NCBI RefSeq assembly: GCF_028641065.1
Contig: NC_073405.1
Span: 4,588,001-4,652,000 of the forward strand
DNA length: 64,000 bases
Reading direction: 5' to 3'
From: Leucoraja erinacea
Lineage: Eukaryota
Below the pieces are notes generated by a model. That model saw only the letters and a program-made list of their open reading frames with translations. It was not told the origin of the DNA and did no database searches. The stretch's first letter is position 1. Every line of letters starts with the position of its first letter. The position numbers and the translations under genes were made by a program. Of the stretch, positions 57,701 to 64,000 are shown piece after piece.

Positions 57701-60298
57701 CATCATCCTGACTTGGAAAAAATTGTTATTTTCTCGTCACTGCGTTAAAATTCTGGAATTCCAAATCTGAGAGTGTAGTGCGACTAGGTTGACTGGACAG
57801 ACGGACTGCAGTGATTCAACAAGGTGGCTCAGCATCACCACTACCACTTTAAGGACTGATAAAAATACTGATCTTACTGATGTGTAAGAAGGAACTACAG
57901 ATGCTGGTGACACAAAAATCTGGAGTAACTCAACGGGACATGCAGCATATCTGGAGAAAAGGAATGGGTGACGTTTCGGGTCGAGACGCTTCTTCAGACT
58001 GTTTATTCGATGCTGCCTGTCCCGCTGAGTTACTCTAGCTTTTTCTGTCTACCTTCTGACCTTACTGATGCTATCTTGATATAGTTTAGATTGTGTGGGA
58101 ACAGGCCCTTCAACTCACCAAGTCCACGCCGACCAATGATCACCAGTGCACTAGTTCTGTCCTAAATACTAAGGGCAGTATTACAGAGGGCCAATTATCC
58201 TACGAACCTGCACTTCTTTGGAGTATGTAGGAAACCGGAGAAAACCGACACGGTCACAGGGAGAATGAACAAACTCCACACAGACAGCACCGGTAGTCAG
58301 GATCTAACCCAGATCTTTGCTCTGTCACTGTGCCACACTGATATTATCTAATCTATATTTAACTTACTCAGTCTGAAACATTTGACTCCATACATTTATT
58401 TTTCATTTTCAGACTTTGTCGGCTGTAAACAGAATTAAAAATCTTTTGCAAGAGAGACCAGAATGTGTAAGTAAAAGTGAATTTTAGCAAATAAGATTTT
58501 GCATTCCAAATAGAAAAATGTCTAGTTTGTTACTCATTATGTCAATGCAAAACTGAGATTTTTTTCCCTTTTGTCAACAACCCATGCTCTTGTGAACCAG
58601 GGAGTGAAAATCACTCTTTCTGTCAACCTAGATAATACAAACCGAGACCTTTGTCCACTTCCACTCACGTCACTTTCAACGTCAAAGTTAAAATTGTAAC
58701 GCTAACAAAAAGGCCAGAAGTTTGTGGGTTCAAATTTCACCCAAGAGACTCCGGACAAAAATTGCACGTTACTCTTGTGCCATTTTTATGGGAGTATTGC
58801 ACTTTGGAAGTGCCTTCTTTATTCAATTGAACTCAAATGATTCTGTGGGGGTTTTTTTTCAAAAGAGAATTATTTATTTTTCATTATTGTTTTATTATTG
58901 TTTCTGGCCAATATTTACTTTAAGTTACTTTTTAAAAATCTACCCATTGTCATATTGCTATTTGTGAGGGGTTGCAGTGTTTGTGTGCTTCATTATAAGA
59001 GTTAAGGCATTCCAAGAAGTACTTATTTGATTATAAATGTTTAAAAAAGGACTTGATAGGTTCCGCGATACAGCAAATATGTCTTATGTCATATGTAGAA
59101 TAAACCATCAACATTTATGATATTCTTGTGCTTAATTTTGTAAAATCATACAATTTAGTCAGAATCAGCAGCTTTTAAATTGCATTCTATGACTTCTGTA
59201 AATAAAAAGTAGAATTTTTCAATGGGCCTTAATAATGCTTTACTTTAGAGTATCAATAAACTAAAATCTCAGCTATGTTTGACTAAAGCATTTAAATGTG
59301 GAGGCATAGGGGTGAAGAGGAAAGGTGAGCAGCTGGGTTTGGAATTGAAAGAGAGAGACTGCAAAAGAAACCTGATTGTGACTGTGCCTTTGAGGAAGAA
59401 GCATAATCTTTTTAAGATGAGAGGACATATATTTTTTCCAAATGTTTGTGACTGAACAGGTGGCCCTTTCCGGTATCTGCATATCTCTACCGCTGTGCAT
59501 TCACTTTGCATTCCTAATCATCTGCAGAAACTTTGCAATTTGCTGCAGCCATTTATATGTATGTTAGGGTGATGTAACATGTTCAAAGTTAGTTAGTAAA
59601 TTACTTACCACGTTGTTGTTATTATTCCTGGGCAATACATATCAGTATAAATCAGTTTCATTTTGACAATTATTCTGTAAGTATTGCATTGATGCCATTA
59701 AGACCATTTTGTTTTTTGTGCTTCAGGTTGGTTTGAAGGTGGGAGTCCGTACTCGTGGCTGCAGTGGACTCTCCTATGTGATAGACTATGCAACGGAGAA
59801 GGGAAAATTTGATGAAGAAGTAAATCAGGATGGTATGGAATATCAGCACTCTGTGGTTTGCAGTGGATTAATATTCTACGTAATTAACTGAGAAGCCTGT
59901 TTGCTAGGAGTGTACGATTTATGACTTAATTAGCCTCATATTGGCCTGCTAAGAGGGAATGGGTACCTTGCATTAGGGTATATAATTGTGATAAAGAAAT
60001 TTGAGTTTGGGAGATTCGGTCGCCACCTTTTGATTAACAGATTTAAATTGTGCAATTTCAGTGAAACTTGTGAATGGTCAAACATAGGAAATAACTAAAT
60101 CTAGCTTATTTCCATCCAGTCTATTCATCAATTTTTGTTTTCTTCACAGGTGTACGTGTGTTCATTGATCAGAAAGCACAGTTAACCCTGCTTGGAACCG
60201 AGATGGATTTTATTGAATCTAAACTCTCCAGTGAATTTGTTTTCAATAACCCAAATATTAAGGGGACATGTGGATGTGGTGAAAGCTTTACTGTATAA
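54676..60298 (+). CDS. ISCA1: Iron-sulfur cluster assembly 1 homolog, mitochondrial (4 exons, 129 aa)
   Basis: join(54676-54756,58413-58466,59727-59832,60150-60298) = 390 nt. Arg/Ala-rich presequence, RTRGCSGLSY and CGCGESF carry the three A-type-carrier cysteines. GT-AG junctions. Confidence 0.95.
55825..57045 (-). mobile_element. Rex1/Babar-like LINE fragment with nested insertion
   Basis: KLLKFADD, ELIVDFRR, KKAQQRMHFLR; (ATTC)n tail. Confidence 0.85.
56578..56915 (+). mobile_element. A-tailed retroposed insert with 13-bp TSD
   Basis: AAAGGCACCAGGA at 56565-56577 and 56916-56928; AATAAA and an A-rich end. Confidence 0.75.
58085..58335 (-). mobile_element. tRNA-derived SINE
   Basis: Reverse complement of the SINE family core. 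Confidence 0.7.
58413..58466 (+). CDS. ISCA1: ISCA1 exon 2
   Basis: TLSAVNRIKNLLQERPEC, AG/GTAAGT flanks. Confidence 0.92.
59727..59832 (+). CDS. ISCA1: ISCA1 exon 3
   Basis: VGLKVGVRTRGCSGLSYVIDYATEKGKFDEEVNQD. Confidence 0.95.
60150..60298 (+). CDS. ISCA1: ISCA1 exon 4 (terminal)
   Basis: GVRVFIDQKAQLTLLGTEMDFIESKLSSEFVFNNPNIKGTCGCGESFTV*. Confidence 0.96.
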
Positions 60299-60699
60299 GT
60301 TAAGTACATTGTAAGCTGTGTGGAACTGTATAGATAACTGAAATCCACAAAACAAATTGGATTGGTGGTTGAGCGTTATTACTTGAAGCTCCTTTGTTGT
60401 TCCCAATTTTCAATGGAGAATTTTTGTATTATTGATATGATTTTAATTTGCAGGCATTCGATTTAATTGTACATTTGTATAAAATATAAATACTGTGTGT
60501 AAATATTTGATTATTGTTGCTATCTTGCTAACTCAGAGGTAATGTGTGTAAACATTCTAAATATTAAATTTAATATGGGAGTGGGGAAATCTTTCAGCAC
60601 TTCCAAAAACATGCACTGTATCTGTGAGTTAGGAAGTGCTTTTCTCCAAGATTCACAGCTAGACATTTACAAACATTGCACAACCTTGAAGTTTGTATC

Positions 60700-61015
60700 G
60701 AATACAGACGCAAAGAGCTGAAGTAACTCGGCCGGTCAGGCAGCAGCTCCGGAGAAAAGGAATATGTGACGTTTCAGGTCAAGACCTTTCTTCAGACTAA
60801 GAGTCAGGGGAACGAGAGAGATATGGACGATAATTAGGACAAATGAATGGACGATATGCAGAAAGGAACGATAATCATGAAATGTGGAGCCCACAATGGT
60901 TAATTGTTAGCTTTGTGGGGTTAATACAGAAAGTGGAACTCAACAGGACGACTTGTGTGGGGGATGGTCGGAGAGGGGTTGCAAGGATTACTTGAAGTTA
61001 GGGAAATCAATATTT
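60700..61015 (-). mobile_element. Penelope-like element 3' end (ORF end plus terminal repeat)
   Basis: Minus strand ORF end NIDFPNFK* (61014-60988), then a degenerate CTGAAGA...GAAACGTC core (60768-60795) and the common repeat tail. Confidence 0.65.
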
Positions 61016-61469
61016 GTAAATTCGGAACATCCTCATCTGTCAAATAAAATGGAGCATTTAACTCTGAGCTAAGTGGCTTATGGCTATGTTACATACAGTT
61101 CAAATATATCATCTAATATAAATGTAATCTGAAATAAAATTTTAATTTGTTATCTGAAAGCTACATTTGACATTGTTGTATCTTAATATTTTGGAAGGAA
61201 TGAGAATTTACTTAACAAATAAAAGGAGGTTGTTTTGAGAAACTATGGATCCAAGTTATGAACTGCAACGTCGAGATATTTGGTATATTGTCAATTTCAG
61301 TCCTGTGTTCTCTCTTCATTTTCTGGTACATGAATAAGTCAGCAATGCTTTCTGCTGTTGCCTAAGCATAAACAAAATTATTACCTTTGCGGCCAATTTT
61401 ATTACTCCCTGAGCATGCAATCTAATTATGAAATAATTCCTTCAGAATATGCACCCAAGGTAGATTGTT

Positions 61470-61725
61470 TAGTTTAGTTTAGAGATAGTGCGTAAACAGC
61501 CCTTTAGCCTACTGTGTCTGCACTGACCAGCGATCCTACACACACTAGGGACAATTTTACATTTATATCAAGCCAATTAACCTACAAAAATGTACGTCTT
61601 TGGAGTGTGGGAAGAAACCAAAGATCACGGAGAAAATGTATAAACTCCGTACAGACAGCACCCGTAGTTGGGATTGAACCCAGGTCTCTGGTGCTGTAAA
61701 GCAGTAACTCTATCCTGTGCCACCC
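61470..61725 (-). mobile_element. tRNA-derived SINE
   Basis: Reverse complement of the SINE family core; (CTAAA)n tail. Confidence 0.75.
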
Positions 61726-62029
61726 TATATTGTGAGTCAGTTAGCACTGATATCTTCCAATGTTGATTGTGGGTAGCGCGAGGCAAAAGTGTACTAGCTT
61801 TGCCTAGAAGTAAACAGAAGATGAATGCTTTGTTACAATATAGCACATTTGTGACTAATTATTCTGGCCGCCCGTAACCACAGAAACAACAGTTTGTTTA
61901 AACAGTTTGTTTTTAAGAGGCTAGTGAGTGTGACTCAAGTATTTTTTATTGCAGCAGAGAAAAATTGAAGATTGAAAAGAAAGTAAAATTCCACACAATG
62001 GAAACATCACACAGATATCAAACTGAAAC

Positions 62030-64000
62030 TTCACCTATTATTTTGACAAACTTTATTAAATAGCACAGACCGCATAAAATAAGACAGCATTGCCTTTAAC
62101 ATCTAAAAACCTCTGGTAATTATCTCATACCATGGTAAACTGAAACAAGTGTTCCGAAGTATCGACATCATCATAAGTGATAGGAGTAGAATTAGGCCAT
62201 TTGGCCCATCAAGTCTACTCCGCCATTCAATCATGGCTGAGTAACAATATTTATACAGCACGATTCACAAAATACCACCAACATAATACCATTTAATTCC
62301 AACTTTTTTTCTTTAAAGATGCACACAAAATAGAAAGACCTTTCACAAGTAAAAGTTTAAAATCAAATCTTTATAAGATCAAATCCTACGTCAATTCATT
62401 TATTTTCCACGATGTCTAAATTTCTTACACAACTTTAGCCAAATTTGCTACACACACACACACACACATTTTAAAACTTATTTTCTAGCAACCTTATGTC
62501 TTTGAAACAAAACACAATTTATGCTGTAATTCCCTAACTAATATCCGTTTCCAACCCTGGTCTGTGGAAGCCAGGGAGGTAATTAGGAAGCTATAATTCC
62601 CGAATTGCTCTTACACATAAGGATTCTTCCTGGTTTACATGTTGGATGAAAGGAATCGTCAATGCAAGGCAACTTTGATAAGACAGGGCAAAAATAGGAT
62701 GGGCAACAGAAATTGTGATATTTAAATAAAATGATCAGAATATTCAATTGCACATTCAAATCACAAACTTATCTGCCGAAAGCAATTTCAATTTTGAAAA
62801 CGAGAAAGACTAGCAAAATAAATTTGTGGGAAATATGTTTTTTGACTTCAAGAAGTGCAAAACTACAGATAAAAACACTAATATTTTAATTCAGAAACCA
62901 TGGTGTTTTAAATTTGTGACTGAACAACAGGGAAAATGTTTTTCACACAAGTCTTGGCTGCAGCTGATTATGTTCACACAACATTTACGGATCAGCTAGA
63001 ATTGGACAGACTTTGTACCAATCAACTCTGCTGTTCCAGGTAGACAGATAATAGTGGTACTGGGGGTTGGAAATCTGTGCCTTTGTTGCTAACCTCAGTC
63101 TGTCTTTTTCCATTGCAGTCAGAACCTGTAAATGTACAAATATTGGTTGAAATGCGTGTAGGATCCAACAGTGTACCAAGTAGCCATGATAACTAAACTG
63201 TTATTATGTTTACTCACTTTGTGAGATGAGATCCAGATACTGACACAGAGCATGAAGCAACAACCTCTCATAGCTGAAAGAAGAAATATTTAGGCTCTTT
63301 TTAGATTGCTCAGTAAATATTCACAATTATCTAAAGATGCTTGGCGCAGCTTTCAAAATGTACCAAAAATGAACACTCAACCAGTCTTTTCTGATCACTC
63401 CCTCCCATCCAAGGAAAAAGCTTACTATGAATTTGATCACTTTTGATATATTAAAAAAATAAGTCCTTGGCATAACAGTATAAACCAAAAATAAGACAGT
63501 ATTTACACTATATACAAATTATTTCAAACCATCTTTATTCTTCATATGTTAACAAAATATTTCACCATTTGGTGCACAGGGGTAAAATATAGAGTCCTTG
63601 TTGAATGCCAAGAGGGTATTTTAAAAAGAAGTAGCAGACTTCTTTAAAAAAAAAATGTTACCTGTTTTCCAGCATTGCCTTGTACACAGATTGTGGTTTT
63701 ATGGCAAAGAATCCGGTCAACTCCTCTTCCAAAAATTCTAGGATACCCTGAATGAAGGAAAAGTCCAAAACTGTGCTCACCGCAGCACTAGAATTGAAAC
63801 ATGTGCTTCCTCAACCAAGATTATTTAAAACATAATTTTCTCACTGATGCTAGCAAAATGATGTAATTTGCACGAATGATGTAAATAGAAAAGTTACTTT
63901 TATACCTGAACCTCTGAAATAAAAATCAATTGGAATCTGCAGGTATTCTACATTCAAACAAAATTTTACCCAAGTGCTGACAATCATGATTGCAAATTAT
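62030..64000 (-). other. Probable 3' UTR of a minus-strand gene whose coding exons lie beyond the window
   Basis: Repeat-poor, AT-rich, minus-strand AATAAA at 62052-62057 and 63534-63539; no coding exon seen. Confidence 0.35.

Overview
Vertebrate genomic DNA, most likely a cartilaginous fish (skate/ray; inferred from the repeat landscape, not proven). Three spliced genes were rebuilt by hand with GT-AG junctions and consistent phases. (1) A 9-exon, 539-aa divergent actin-related gene on + (10998-24557), with a ~160-aa N-terminal extension starting MGCASS and an RFX X-box-like site just upstream. (2) MED16 on - (14 coding exons, 26979-51750, 829 aa). (3) ISCA1 on + (4 exons, 54676-60298, 129 aa), head-to-head with MED16. 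Introns and intergenic DNA are full of CR1-type LINE 3' ends, Rex1/Babar-like LINEs, tRNA-derived SINEs, two defective Tc1 transposons, a palindromic MITE and a degenerate tRNA-Ala(TGC). About 20 copies of a Penelope-like terminal repeat with a minimal hammerhead-ribozyme-like core also occur, often as hairpins. Best candidates for novelty: the putatively lipid-anchored, possibly ciliary actin-related protein; the hammerhead-like hairpin repeat family; and 12-41 bp elements with 8-bp target duplications clustered at the MED16/ISCA1 promoter. Repeat boundaries are approximate and no database searches were run.
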